From an uncultured Phycisphaerales bacterium (GTDB lineage: Bacteria; Planctomycetota; Phycisphaerae; Tepidisphaerales; Tepidisphaeraceae), in contig CAVWVQ010000003.1 in assembly GCA_963758525.1 (NCBI GenBank), forward strand, positions 2,368,001 to 2,432,000: a DNA stretch of 64,000 bases. Reading direction: 5' to 3'. This document shows, one piece after another, positions 28,031 through 38,830 of this stretch. Below the pieces are notes generated by a model. It was not told the DNA's origin, made no database searches, and saw nothing but the letters and a program-made list of their open reading frames with translations. Both the position numbers and the translations under genes were made by a program. Each line of letters starts with the position of its first letter. The first letter of the stretch is position 1.

Positions 28031-30649
28031 TCATTTAATCATGACGACGGCGTCCCGGTCGCCCATGGTGAGACTGATTTTCTCTCCCGCGGCAGCCTTG
28101 TGCACGTAAAGCTGGGCGGGAACCAGAAGGAGGTCATTGTTGCGCCACAGGGTGGTTGTCCCCGGGGAGACTTCCTTGAATTGCCCGCTGGCGGCGAAGG
28201 CAGGCGGCGCGTCCGTTTGAGTGGCCATGATGTAGATATTTTCAGCCTTCGTCGCTGTAAAGGAGAGATTGGTCGATTGGTCCAGCGTCGGCTTTGGATT
28301 GTGCTTGGTTGGCGGACTTGCCTGAATGGTTACCCGACGCAGGGCAATCCAGGTCGCGTTTTCAAGGTCGGGGGGAATCGTGTTCCATGAGTTATCGGCT
28401 CTGGAATCAAGATCGTCATAGATCGGCCACTGTTCGTGAATCGGCATATCCATGTAATAAGCGGGATTCCCGGCGTTGCTGCTTGTGAGACCGCTGATCG
28501 GGAGCGGATCGCCGGCCAATTCAGGCAGCCCGTCTTTGCCATAAAAATAGATTGTCGCCGTGTCGGTATGTCCCTGGTCGTCGGACGCCGTCACCACGTT
28601 TTTTCCGGTGTGGAGCGCGACCGGCCAGAAGAAGACATTGTCGACTTTCTCCGGCACGTAAGTCCGGGGCGGTGAAGGGGGAGGTGCGGGCTCGCCTTTT
28701 TTGGTCTTTTTCTTGTCGACGTGAAGCATCCACGGGCCGTTGGGAATGACGTAGTGGCCATTGTCGAGTGTGGAGACTTTTTTGCCGTTGAGGGTCAGCG
28801 TAACTTTCGCGGCATTGCTGTAGACCTTGATTCCATTATTGACGGCTCCCTGTCGCAGAAAATAGCGCTTTGACGTGATCCACAACGTCGGTTCGTCGGG
28901 CCGCAGAAAGCTGCGGTAGAGGTAGTAAACGTCCTTCTTGTCGCCCGCGTAGGTGAGCAGGCCTTTGGTATTGATGCCGACCGGTGCCTTGTATTTGCCG
29001 TCGCTGAACTCGCGCAGGCACCAGACGCAGAAGAGGCCCAGCTGGCTGTTGTCGCCGTGAAAAACCTTCTGGAAATTATTTTCCGAGACGATTTGCTGGT
29101 ATTCCTCCGGTTCATACTGGTTCACAATCCAGTCGCAATTGCCATAGTCGCAATGGGTGGTTACGGAGCCCCCGGCGCCGACTTCAGATATGAAGCCGAT
29201 TGGCTTGAACCCGTCCAGATCAGAGTGGTACCACCCGAAGTAACAGTGCCTCGTGTGAAAGTCGGCCAACTTTGATGCCATGTTAGCCACTCCCACGGGC
29301 CGGGAGGGATCAAGGGCCTTGGCGACGGGAACGCATTCATCGGCCACCGCGGCATTGGATTCGTTGCCCATGCTCCAGACCACGATCGAGGGATGGTTGT
29401 AGTTTTGCTTCACCATTTCGGTGGTGATCTGCGCGGCGGTGGGGCTGACGATGTCCTTGCCGTTGCTGTGTCCGTTTTCCGCCCAGGCGAGAATGCCATC
29501 CTGATCGCAAAGATCATATTCCAGGGCCGCATGGGGATAATGGCAGAACCGCATGAAATTGAGGCCAAGGTCCTTGATCGTGTCGAAATTAGCTTTCAAA
29601 TCCTCCGGCGATACCGCCGATCCCTTGGTCTCGACCTCCTGGTGAAGATCGGCTCCGTAGAGGATGATCCTCTTGCCATTCAATTTGACCGTGCCCCCGG
29701 TCTTCGCATCCATCGTCAGCCATTCCAGCAGGCGGAAACCGGTGGGTTGGGTGACTTCATCGACGGGCTTTCCGTTCATGTAAACGCTCGTTTCGACGTG
29801 ATAGACGCGTCCGTCCCGAGCTCCCCAGAGCTGGGGCCGATCGATGGTGGTGGAAAGTTCCACCGTACCGCGTCCACCGGCGGGCACCGAAGCGGGTGCT
29901 GCGAGCATCTTCACTTCTTTCCCGTCCGGATCGAGAATGCGGGCGCGAACTTCCGCCTTCGCGTCGGCGGCCGAGGTGTTGCGCAAGAGTACGCGGATAT
30001 CGAGGCGGGCCGACTTCTCCGAGACGTCCTTGGGCGTCAGGTAAACGCCGGGAGCGGCGAAATCGGTCGGGTCAATGTGCACCGGAGAAGTCGCGACCAG
30101 CCAGGCGTTGCGGTAAAGACCGCCCCAAATCTTATAGAGTCCGGTCTGGCTCCAGGGCAGGCAGTCTTTGGTGTCTGCAGGACTGTCATTGACCAGCACC
30201 GCCAGTTGATTGTCCGTGCCGACATGGAGCGCCTTGGTGGCATCAAATATGAAACGGGTATAGGCGCCCCGATGCTGGCCGAGGTGCTGGCCGTTGACGT
30301 AAACATCGGCGAGACTCGCCGCGCCCTCGAAGACCAGGTAAAGCTCCTTGCCTTGCGCCGAGGGATCGACGGTCAATTGGCGGCGATACCAGCCCCGGGT
30401 CAGCGTGTCGTAGGCGGCTCGCGTCTGGAAATTATGAGGAACTTCCACGTCTTTCCATGCCGCCTGATTGAAGGCGTCGGTACCGATATCCGGCGGCTTC
30501 GTCGCATCCTCGTAACCGACAAACTGCCAACCGGAACCGTTGAGCAATTGTGCTTGCCGCGGGGAGGAGTCGTCCTGCGCCTTAGCAAAAGAGTGTGAGG
30601 TAAGGAAGAAAAGCAGAGAAAGTGTAAGGAATTGCAAGCGGGCCAACAT
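28031..30649 (-). CDS. Glycoside hydrolase family 2, secreted
   Basis: VPHNF, GWYRR, FEGA, GGLYRN, RFCHYPH, NHPSIVVWSMGNE, INTKGL. Confidence 0.92.
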   Translation of the reverse strand: MLARLQFLTLSLLFFLTSHSFAKAQDDSSPRQAQLLNGSGWQFVGYEDATKPPDIGTDAFNQAAWKDVEVPHNFQTRAAYDTLTRGWYRRQLTVDPSAQGKELYLVFEGAASLADVYVNGQHLGQHRGAYTRFIFDATKALHVGTDNQLAVLVNDSPADTKDCLPWSQTGLYKIWGGLYRNAWLVATSPVHIDPTDFAAPGVYLTPKDVSEKSARLDIRVLLRNTSAADAKAEVRARILDPDGKEVKMLAAPASVPAGGRGTVELSTTIDRPQLWGARDGRVYHVETSVYMNGKPVDEVTQPTGFRLLEWLTMDAKTGGTVKLNGKRIILYGADLHQEVETKGSAVSPEDLKANFDTIKDLGLNFMRFCHYPHAALEYDLCDQDGILAWAENGHSNGKDIVSPTAAQITTEMVKQNYNHPSIVVWSMGNESNAAVADECVPVAKALDPSRPVGVANMASKLADFHTRHCYFGWYHSDLDGFKPIGFISEVGAGGSVTTHCDYGNCDWIVNQYEPEEYQQIVSENNFQKVFHGDNSQLGLFCVWCLREFSDGKYKAPVGINTKGLLTYAGDKKDVYYLYRSFLRPDEPTLWITSKRYFLRQGAVNNGIKVYSNAAKVTLTLNGKKVSTLDNGHYVIPNGPWMLHVDKKKTKKGEPAPPPSPPRTYVPEKVDNVFFWPVALHTGKNVVTASDDQGHTDTATIYFYGKDGLPELAGDPLPISGLTSSNAGNPAYYMDMPIHEQWPIYDDLDSRADNSWNTIPPDLENATWIALRRVTIQASPPTKHNPKPTLDQSTNLSFTATKAENIYIMATQTDAPPAFAASGQFKEVSPGTTTLWRNNDLLLVPAQLYVHKAAAGEKISLTMGDRDAVVMIK

Positions 30650-30852
30650 GGGTTCCTTCATCTCAAGGTACTCTGGTTTGAACCAGTTGGCGAACACTTC
30701 CCGCAGCATGATCTTGATTTTCAATTGACTCGCGTAAAACTTCATTTTGTATATCCTTTGCGTATGCTCAATATTTAGTCGCCGGCCTTGTCTTCGTTGC
30801 TCTCGGCGTTCCGGTTTCGGCGGATGACTCAAACTCCAGCGGCGCGCTGCGA

Positions 30853-31137
30853 GTGCCGCAGCCTCTCACCGGCTTCACCGCCGCGGGTGACGATGGGATT
30901 TCCCATCCGGCCGACGCCGCGATCTCCGGCGATGCGGTGGTAGTCACCAGCTCGCAGGTAAAGGAGCCGAAGGAAGTCCGGTTCGATTGGGACGAAGCGG
31001 CTGTGCCCAATCTTTACAACAAGGACGGCCTGCCCGCCGCGCCGTTTCGCACCAACCATCAGCCCCCGCCCGCGGAGCCCGCGGCGACGAATGGACCTGC
31101 TGCGAAAAGGATGCTGCGCCGCAGTAAAGTGCTCTAG
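30853..31137 (+). pseudogene. C-terminal fragment of a sialate O-acetylesterase-like protein
   Basis: 'LTGF.AAG.DG..HPADA.I.GD.VVV....V.EP..VRF.W....PNLYN.DGLPAAPFRT'; no N-terminal part; the stop comes from the MITE edge. Confidence 0.75.
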
Positions 31138-31539
31138 GCTCTGTCTGAAAACCCTAAGTACAGCGCCCCATTGAAAGAGGGCCACATGTAGGGCGGGATT
31201 TATCCCGCCGATTCGCATCCGGCGGAGGCATCCGGCGGGATAAATCCCGCCCTACATTGATGGTCCCTTACTTATGCGGATGTGTACTAAGTCCTCACGA
31301 CGGCTCAGAATGGCTTTGGCCGCTAGGCGCCCTGGCGACATCAGGGTCCGTAGACCCTTTGAGCCGGGGCAACGACGCGGACGAAGCCATTCTGAGCCGC
31401 CTGCGGTGGGCCGGATTCGATCCGCCTGCTTCGTTGCCGCCCCTTGATGGCTCTACGGAGCCGGACTGCGGGGCGACGCCTCGCAGTCGAATCGAATCCG
31501 GCCCATCGTGAGGGCCTAGGGTTTTCAGACAGAGCCTAG
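31134..31539. mobile_element. Non-autonomous MITE with 23-bp terminal inverted repeats and nested insertions
   Basis: CTAGGCTCTGTCTGAAAACCCTA (31134-56) / TAGGGTTTTCAGACAGAGCCTAG (31517-39); internal CTAAG direct repeats (31154-58, 31287-91) flank a 128-bp insert that holds a REP doublet (31188-31255). Confidence 0.85.
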
Positions 31540-31646
31540 CGTGCTTGGGCCGCATCGAGGTCAAGAAGCGTCAGCAACGGAATTCGATACCCTACGTAGT
31601 TGTTGATGGCGGGACTTACTGTATCTCAACCTCGTAGCTCGATTAG

Positions 31647-34547
31647 ATGATGCCTATGAACGTTATTCCTCAGCGCGTCTGGATCATTGCGCTTCTTGCA
31701 TTTGCTGCCGGAACGCTGCCTCTTTTCGCCGCGCCGCTGTCGCCGCACGAGCATCTTTCGCTCGACGCAAACTGGAAATTCCACCTCGGTGACGACTGGC
31801 CCAACGCGCTTTACCTCAACAAAGCGGGCGTCAATAAAGGGGCAGCGAGCGCGAATTTCGATGACGCCGCCTGGCGCACGGTCAACCTGCCGCACGACTG
31901 GGCGGTCGAGCTGCCCTTCGACCCGGCGGCGGACGTGGGTCACGGGTTCAAGCCGGTCGGCCCCGGCTTTCCGGCCACGAGCGTTGGCTGGTATCGCCGG
32001 GCACTCGACCTGCCGGAAGCGGACAGTGGCAAGCGCATTTGGCTCCAATTCGACGGCGCGTTTCGTGACACGACGGTTTACGTCAACGGCTGGTTCGTCG
32101 GCCATTACGAGAGCGGCTACTATCCCTTCCGGGCGGACATCACGGATTTGGTCCGCTTCGGCAAAAATAATACGATTGCCGCGCGCGTGGATGCTAGCCG
32201 GTTCGAGGGTTGGTTCTACGAGGGTGCGGGTATCTACCGGCACGTCTGGCTCGACAAAAATGAGCCGGTGGCCATCGCGGGCGACGGCATTTTCGTTTAC
32301 AGCAGGTTCCCCGGGAACGCGCCCGAGGGCGCGGCAGAACTGCACGCGGAAGTCCGGCTGAGCAACGCGCTCGACCACCCCGCGCAGGCGAGCATCGACC
32401 ACGCGTTTTTCGATCCCAACGGGACGCCGGTCGGCGAAATGAAGCAGACGGCTGACGTCGCGCCACTCTCGCAAGAGACGTTTACCACCGACGGTGCAAA
32501 CCAGCACCTCGCCCTGGACAAGTACGAACTCTGGTCGCCGGAATCGCCGAAGCTCTACAAGCTGGTCACGACCGTTTCGGTCGACGGGAAAGTCGTGGAT
32601 CGCCAGGAGACCGCGTTCGGCATCCGGACAACTGTGTTCGATGCGAAAGAGGGATTCCTCCTCAACGGCAAGCACTACGAGATCTGCGGCACCTGCAATC
32701 ACCAGGATCATGCCGGAGTCGGCGCAGCCATTCCGGATAGCCTGCAATATTTCCGCGTGGCAAGGCTCAAGGAGTTCAGCAACGCGTACCGCACCGCGCA
32801 CAACCCGCCGACGCCGGAGTTGCTCGATGCGTGCGACCGGCTCGGCCTGCTGGTGATGGACGAGAGCCGAACGCTCGGCAGCGACGAGGCGAACCTGCGC
32901 CGCTGGGAGACGCAGGTGCGGCGCGACCGCAACCACCCAAGCGTTATCTTCTGGAGCCTTTGCAACGAGGAGCCGATGCAGACCGACCCCAACGGCGGCC
33001 GGGTCGGCGCGACCATGCAGGCGCTGGCGAAGAAGCTCGACCCGACGCGCACCGTCACGGCGGCCGAAAACGTGGGCGATGTCTTTACCGGCTTGCCGGG
33101 CACGCTGGAAGTGCGCGGCTGGAACTACAATATCACCCAGGAGCGCGCGGTCGAGGTGGAAGCATATCGCGCCAAACATCCCAACCAGCCGAACCTTGGT
33201 AGCGAGCAGGGTGCCAATCGTGGCACGCGCGGCATTTATACTAGCGACCCGAAGCGTGGCTACGTCAGTGCTCGGCCGGGCAACATCGAGAGATGGTGGC
33301 CGTTCTTTGCCGACCGCCCTTGGATGAGCGGCGCGTTCGACTGGACGGGCTTCGACTACCGCGGCGAACCGACGCCGTATCAGCGCTGGCACAACATCAG
33401 CTCGACCCCCGGAATTTTGGACACCTGCGGATTTCCCAAGGATAACTTCTACTATTTCCAATCCTGGTGGACGAACAAACCGGTGCTGCACCTGGAGCCG
33501 CACTGGAACTGGCCGGGGCAGGAAGGCCAGGAGATCGAAGTGGATGCGTTTAGCAACGCGCCGGAAGTCGAGTTGTTTCTCAATGGCCAAAGCCTCGGGC
33601 GCAAACCGGTGCCGCGGAATTATCACGCGGCGTGGCAGGTTAAATACGTGCCGGGAACCTTGAGCGCCAAAGGGTACGACAAGGACCGGATTGTCTCGGA
33701 AACCAAAGTTGAAACAACCGGCGCGCCGGTGTCGGTGGAGTTGACGCCCGACCGGGCGAAGATCAACGCCGACGGCGAGGATGTGAGCGTTTTCACCGTG
33801 GCGGTAATGGACGCCGCTGGCCGCGTCGTGCCGACGGCGATGAACAAAATTCATTTCGAACTTGCAGGCGCCGGTCACATCATCGGTGTCGGCAACGGCG
33901 ATCCGACTTGCCTCGAGCCGGATACCTACGTGGCCCAACCGCAGACGCAATCCATCCCTGTGAAAGGGTGGCACTGGAAGCTCGAGGAAATGCCGGGAAA
34001 TCACGAGATCGTCCCGCCGGCGGAGGTAAACTTCGACGATTCCTCATGGCCTGCGGTCACGACGCCCGCGCCCGGACCGAGCGGGGTGGTGCCCGATGGA
34101 GAAGCCGCCATCTTCCGTACGCATCTCGCGCTGACGAAAGAGCAGTTGGGCAATCCCGGGGTCCAGCTTCGCTTTCCTGACCTGGGCACCCACGGATTGT
34201 TTTACGTCAACGGCAAGCGCATTGCCGATACGAATGACTGGATGCCGCGGCCTCCAATCGACGTGCGTAAATCCTTGCACGTCGGCGACAACGTCATCGT
34301 CGTTTTTGCATTCAAGGAATCGTCGAAAGGCGACTTCAACACCGCCGCGAGTCTCGATCTGACCAGTGAGCCCGTAATGCCGCCGTCCCCCTGGATGCGC
34401 AGCGTCTTCAACGGCTTGGCGCAAGTCATCGTGCAATCGTCGAAAGAGCCCGGCACGCTCACCCTCACTGCCACCGCCGACGGATTGAAACCCGCGTCCG
34501 TCTCGGTGCAGAGCCAGGCGTGCACTCCGCGCCCGAGTCTGCCGTGA
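31647..34547 (+). CDS. Glycoside hydrolase family 2 (beta-galactosidase-like), secreted
   Basis: LPHDWAVE, EGWFYEGAGIYRHV, HQDHAGVG, RTAHNPP, RDRNHPSV.FWSLCNEE, WTGFDYRGEP. Confidence 0.95.
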   Translation: MMPMNVIPQRVWIIALLAFAAGTLPLFAAPLSPHEHLSLDANWKFHLGDDWPNALYLNKAGVNKGAASANFDDAAWRTVNLPHDWAVELPFDPAADVGHGFKPVGPGFPATSVGWYRRALDLPEADSGKRIWLQFDGAFRDTTVYVNGWFVGHYESGYYPFRADITDLVRFGKNNTIAARVDASRFEGWFYEGAGIYRHVWLDKNEPVAIAGDGIFVYSRFPGNAPEGAAELHAEVRLSNALDHPAQASIDHAFFDPNGTPVGEMKQTADVAPLSQETFTTDGANQHLALDKYELWSPESPKLYKLVTTVSVDGKVVDRQETAFGIRTTVFDAKEGFLLNGKHYEICGTCNHQDHAGVGAAIPDSLQYFRVARLKEFSNAYRTAHNPPTPELLDACDRLGLLVMDESRTLGSDEANLRRWETQVRRDRNHPSVIFWSLCNEEPMQTDPNGGRVGATMQALAKKLDPTRTVTAAENVGDVFTGLPGTLEVRGWNYNITQERAVEVEAYRAKHPNQPNLGSEQGANRGTRGIYTSDPKRGYVSARPGNIERWWPFFADRPWMSGAFDWTGFDYRGEPTPYQRWHNISSTPGILDTCGFPKDNFYYFQSWWTNKPVLHLEPHWNWPGQEGQEIEVDAFSNAPEVELFLNGQSLGRKPVPRNYHAAWQVKYVPGTLSAKGYDKDRIVSETKVETTGAPVSVELTPDRAKINADGEDVSVFTVAVMDAAGRVVPTAMNKIHFELAGAGHIIGVGNGDPTCLEPDTYVAQPQTQSIPVKGWHWKLEEMPGNHEIVPPAEVNFDDSSWPAVTTPAPGPSGVVPDGEAAIFRTHLALTKEQLGNPGVQLRFPDLGTHGLFYVNGKRIADTNDWMPRPPIDVRKSLHVGDNVIVVFAFKESSKGDFNTAASLDLTSEPVMPPSPWMRSVFNGLAQVIVQSSKEPGTLTLTATADGLKPASVSVQSQACTPRPSLP

Positions 34548-34582
34548 GAATGCAACCTCTGTGCAACAGGTTGGGCTTCCCC

Positions 34583-34965
34583 ATGAACATGCTGCTGAGA
34601 AATTGCCTTTTTCTTTTCGGTCTATCGCTGGCTAGCCGGAAACTCAGCGGCGGGGACGCCGCGCCAGCGTCTGCGCATCGACGACGATTGGAAATTTTTC
34701 CTGGGCGATCCGAAGGACGCTTCAACCACGGACTTCGCCGATTCCGGCTGGGCGGACGGTGACATTGCCGCATGACTGGAGCATCGAGGGCAAGATGGAC
34801 CGGGAAGCACCGATGGGCGGACAGGGCGGCTTTCTTCCCGCCGGCCACGTCTATCACGGCCGCGCGCTGATCGTCCTGCTCGGATCGAAGACGACGGGAA
34901 CGCTCGACCTCAAGGCCGACTCACCGGGGCTCGCCTCCTCCAATGTGGCCATCGACTGCCGGTGA
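34583..34965 (+). pseudogene. GH2 gene relic: N-terminus joined to the extreme C-terminus
   Basis: Signal peptide, 'IDDDWKFFLGD', 'TLPHDWSIEG...GGFLPAG' then directly 'HVYHGRALIVL...G...L.ADSPGL'; catalytic domain absent. Confidence 0.85.
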
Positions 34966-35062
34966 TTGGAATTTAGCAAACCCGTGTGGCGGGGATTTTC
35001 AAGAGCTGGGCGACGCGTTCGAACGTAGCGGGCAAAATACCCCGCTCCGATGGCAACCCCTC

Positions 35063-37726
35063 TCACTGACCTGCCGGCGTCGCTGCTGGCGCGGCCTTAG
35101 GCGTTGACGCCGGCGCGGCCATGGGCAGCGCAATTCCCGGCGTGATGAACTCCCTCACGCTCCTGACCGCCAACTGCGCGTGAAAGTCCGCGGCGGAAAG
35201 GTCGTGCTCGCAATCCACCTTAATCGTGATCGGCGTGCCGGGCTCGAGGTGCACAAAGTTGTCCGAATACAGCGCCTTCGGATCGCTCGAGAGATCGATC
35301 CAGGTCCACAGTGCCGGCTGCGCACTCTCGAGCGTCACGCTGAATTGCTTTCCGGCGCCCGCTACCTTTGTCTGGATCGAGGGCGTCGGAAGCGTCAGTG
35401 CCCCCGGCGATGCGAAGAAGCAAAGGTTGGTCTCTGCCGATCCGCCCTCGGGTGTCACCGTCATCCACAGCAATAGACTCGAAAGTCCCGCCGCCTTTTC
35501 CTCATCGCTGAGCACGACCGACTCGGCAAGCAGGGTGCCGTTGGCCGGAAGTTGAATGGTCGTTTCCTTGTGGCGCAGCACTTTTCCGTCTGTGGTCGTC
35601 AGCCGCCATGTCAGCGCCGCCCGCCCACCCGTGAGCCGATCATTGATGACGTGGATACCCACCTTCCCTTGCGTCGAGTCCACATCGCCGGAAACGAGCA
35701 CCGGCGCATACATGTGTCTCGCGTGATACTGCGACGCTTTCCACCGATGATAATAGTCAATCATCGACCAGGTTTGCCCCGGCCAGGAATCGTTGTATTG
35801 CCAGATCAGCGCCGCGGTGGAATGCGGCCAGTCCCGGCGCAAATGCTCGACGGCGAAGCGAAGTCCGTATGCCTGGACGATCTGGCTCAACCAGCAAAGG
35901 TCATCGAGTTTGTCCGGAGTTTTTCCAAAGTACCGGACCACCTGGCTCGCGATTTCCTTCTGCGAGGAGAGTTCGTGATCTTGAAGGATTGGCGAGTTGG
36001 CGCCGCCGGCCAGGTCGGCATCCGTGGCGAAACGCCGGTTCGATGCCGGCTCGAGATACGATTGGATTCCGAACTCCGCGACGAACCCGTGGGTTTCGGC
36101 ATAGTGGGAGAAGGGACTGTTACCGTGCCCGAGTCCCCAGTCGTGCGCGTCCGGGGCTCCGGCGCCGCCGCTGGATTGTTGGTAAGGCTGCCCCGGCGCC
36201 AGCTGGCGCACGGCTCCGCCGATCACCTGGTCGAAAAGCTCCGGGTAGCCCACATAATTCCTGATCTCGTTGTTGCCGCACCAAATGGCGATCGAGGGGT
36301 GATGCCGGACGCGCAGGATTTGGTCCTCGAGTTCTGCCTTCACGTTGGCGATGAACTTTTCGCCGAAAGTGGGGTACGACGTATTGGCAAACTTGAACTC
36401 GAACATCAGCGCGATGCCCAGTTCATCACAGGCGTCAAAGAGCGCGTCGTCCTCGTAAAATCCGCCGCCCCAGAGCCGGATGAAGTTGAAGTTGCACGCC
36501 GCCGCGTCCTGCATATACCAGCGCAGCACCTGCGGCGTGATCCGCGCCAGCAGATTGTCGGGCGGAATCATGTCCGCTCCCTTGGCGAAAAACGGCTGCC
36601 CGTTGACCTTCAACGTGTAGGCCGATTGCGTTCGCCGCGTCCCCGGAACCGTCTCGAAGTGCCGCAGCCCGATCCGTTTCCTCATCGTATCGAGGACTGT
36701 TCCCCCGGCATCCACGAGCTGCACCTCCAAGGTGTACAGGTTCTGCTCCCCCAGCCCGTTCGGCCACCAAAGTTTCGGCTTGGGAACGGTGAGCGTGAGC
36801 GCCGCCGTCAGATTCGCGAGGGGTTGCTTGACCGGTGCGCCGTCTTCCAGGAGGCGCGCACTCACCTGACAGCCTGAGGGAGGCTGGCCCGCTAAATCCG
36901 CCGTCACGTCCAGACGCACGGAACCATCGGCATCATGGTGCTGGAGCACGCCCAGCTTCGCCAGCCGCGAATCAAATGCCCGCAGTTCAATGCCCTTCCA
37001 GATGCCCATCGTCAGAATCGGACGGCACCAGTCCCAACCCCATTGGTACGGCGCTTTGCGGATCCAGCCCCAGCTCCGGTTGTGCATGGAAGCGCGCATT
37101 CTTGACAGGCCTTTGGCATCGTCAGGAAGAACGTTCGGGTGGAGTTTGAAGTAAGCCTCCGCCAAGGCATTCGTTTCCGCTAGATTGGGGACCGGTCGAA
37201 ATTGGATTTCGAGATCGTTCGTGCCCGGCTTCAGGGATTGCCGGACATCAAAGACCCATGTGCGAAACATGTTGTTCGTCGAGCCGAGCACGGTGCCGTT
37301 CAGCGTCACCGTTGCCAGGGTATCCAGGCCGTGGCAGACCAATTCCACCGTTTTCATCGCCAGTTGCTTCGGCGTGGCCTCGAAGGTCGTACGATAGATC
37401 CAACCGGTCTGCGCTACCTTGTCCTCGATCTGGTACCCTGGCTTGTCCTTGTTATTATCCCGGTAATAGGGATCGGGAATCTTTCCTGCTCGCAATAAGT
37501 CGCTGTAATGATCGCCTGGCACCTGCGCAGGAAGCTTCTCGCTTTGCCCAACCTGCTGGAGCGTCCATGCGGTTCCGCCCAAGTTCAAGATCAGCACGCG
37601 GCCAGGAAGCGGTGGCCCAGCGGGTGCCGCCTGAAGCTGCGCGCCCCGCGTCTGATCCCAGCGACTCAATGCCCACCCTGCCACGCCCATTCCGCTTATT
37701 TTGATAAAGGTGCGACGATCCATCAT
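35063..37726 (-). CDS. Beta-mannosidase-like GH2 with Tat signal
   Basis: MDRRTFIK twin-Arg, RKAPYQWGWDW, LWWPNG.G.Q.LY, RLWGGG.YE, HHPSIAIWCGNNE, EFG, WQYND.WP. Confidence 0.93.
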   Translation of the reverse strand: MMDRRTFIKISGMGVAGWALSRWDQTRGAQLQAAPAGPPLPGRVLILNLGGTAWTLQQVGQSEKLPAQVPGDHYSDLLRAGKIPDPYYRDNNKDKPGYQIEDKVAQTGWIYRTTFEATPKQLAMKTVELVCHGLDTLATVTLNGTVLGSTNNMFRTWVFDVRQSLKPGTNDLEIQFRPVPNLAETNALAEAYFKLHPNVLPDDAKGLSRMRASMHNRSWGWIRKAPYQWGWDWCRPILTMGIWKGIELRAFDSRLAKLGVLQHHDADGSVRLDVTADLAGQPPSGCQVSARLLEDGAPVKQPLANLTAALTLTVPKPKLWWPNGLGEQNLYTLEVQLVDAGGTVLDTMRKRIGLRHFETVPGTRRTQSAYTLKVNGQPFFAKGADMIPPDNLLARITPQVLRWYMQDAAACNFNFIRLWGGGFYEDDALFDACDELGIALMFEFKFANTSYPTFGEKFIANVKAELEDQILRVRHHPSIAIWCGNNEIRNYVGYPELFDQVIGGAVRQLAPGQPYQQSSGGAGAPDAHDWGLGHGNSPFSHYAETHGFVAEFGIQSYLEPASNRRFATDADLAGGANSPILQDHELSSQKEIASQVVRYFGKTPDKLDDLCWLSQIVQAYGLRFAVEHLRRDWPHSTAALIWQYNDSWPGQTWSMIDYYHRWKASQYHARHMYAPVLVSGDVDSTQGKVGIHVINDRLTGGRAALTWRLTTTDGKVLRHKETTIQLPANGTLLAESVVLSDEEKAAGLSSLLLWMTVTPEGGSAETNLCFFASPGALTLPTPSIQTKVAGAGKQFSVTLESAQPALWTWIDLSSDPKALYSDNFVHLEPGTPITIKVDCEHDLSAADFHAQLAVRSVREFITPGIALPMAAPASTPKAAPAATPAGQ

Positions 37727-37759
37727 GCAATCCTTGGCTGGTGTGAGCAGATCACAGGA

Positions 37760-38589
37760 TCAGGTGCGTTGGAGATATGCCTCGCGGATCAGCTTCAGAT
37801 ACTCATTCTGATCCATCGCCCAATAGTGGTCGGAGAAGATCTCCACTTCGTTGAAGCCGCGGAATCCGGTGGCTTCGACCCAACCGCGGATGGTGCGGAT
37901 GTCGATGCAGCCATCGCCCATCAGGCCGCGGTCGTTGAGCATGTGGCGGGTCTCGACGCGCCAGTCGCAGACGTGAAACCCGAAAAGGGTTTGCTGCCGC
38001 CCGGCGAGTTCGATTTCCTCCCTGAGGTCCGGGTCCCACCAGATGTGATAGACGTCGGCGGCGATGCCGAGCATCGGATGCTGCAACTGCTCGCAGATCT
38101 CGCGCGCTTCGGCCATGCGATTGATGCAGCTGCGGTCTGCCGCGTACATCGGATGCAGCGGCTCAATCGCCAGCTTCACGCCCGCCGCTTCCGCGTACGG
38201 CAAAACAGCTGCGATTCCGTCGGCAACCTGCTTGCGCATCCGCCATCGGCATGCCGGGCACCGCGCCGACGACCAGAACGATCATCGCCGCGCCGATCTC
38301 GCGCTTCGTCAACGCATGTGCGGTTCAAGTCGATGGCCGCTTGTCTTGCCTCTCGCTCTTTCGCCGGGAAGAACCCCCCGCGCACCAGTGCCGGCACGGA
38401 CATCCCCGCGTCCCGCAGCATCCTGCCGGACTCGCGCGGGCCGGCTGCTTCCAGCGCATTTCGCCAGACGCTGATGCCTTTGACGCCGATGCGCGCGTAG
38501 CCGTCGATGCACTGGCGGAGCGACCAGGGTTTGTTGGTCGCGGTGTGAATTGCGCAGCGAGAGAGATCGGTCAGATGCGAAGCGGGCAT
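37760..38589 (-). CDS. Sugar phosphate isomerase/epimerase (xylose isomerase-like TIM barrel; frameshifts ~38250-38300)
   Basis: [50 protein letters not shown]. Confidence 0.9.
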
Positions 38590-38667
38590 GCTTTTAATTC
38601 CTTGTATTGATCGCGCCGTCGCTGCGCTTCTGCCGAGCACGCGAATCGCTTCGAGGCGGTTTCGCCA

Positions 38668-38783
38668 CCTGCTTAGCCGCGCCGCGAAGCGAAGCGCGTC
38701 CAGCCAGCGTGTTCAGACGAATGGCGCTGCACGTCAGAGAAGCGCCGTTGGACGCGCTCCGCTTCGCGTCGCGGCTAAACAGG
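38668..38783. repeat. REP-like inverted pair (TTAGCCGCG..GCGAAGCG.AGCGCGTCCA)
   Basis: 38668-38704 and 38747-38783 are reverse complements. Confidence 0.8.
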
Positions 38784-38830
38784 TAACGGAGCGGCTGCAA
38801 GCTCCTGAGGCCGACGTTGCAACGCGCGCA

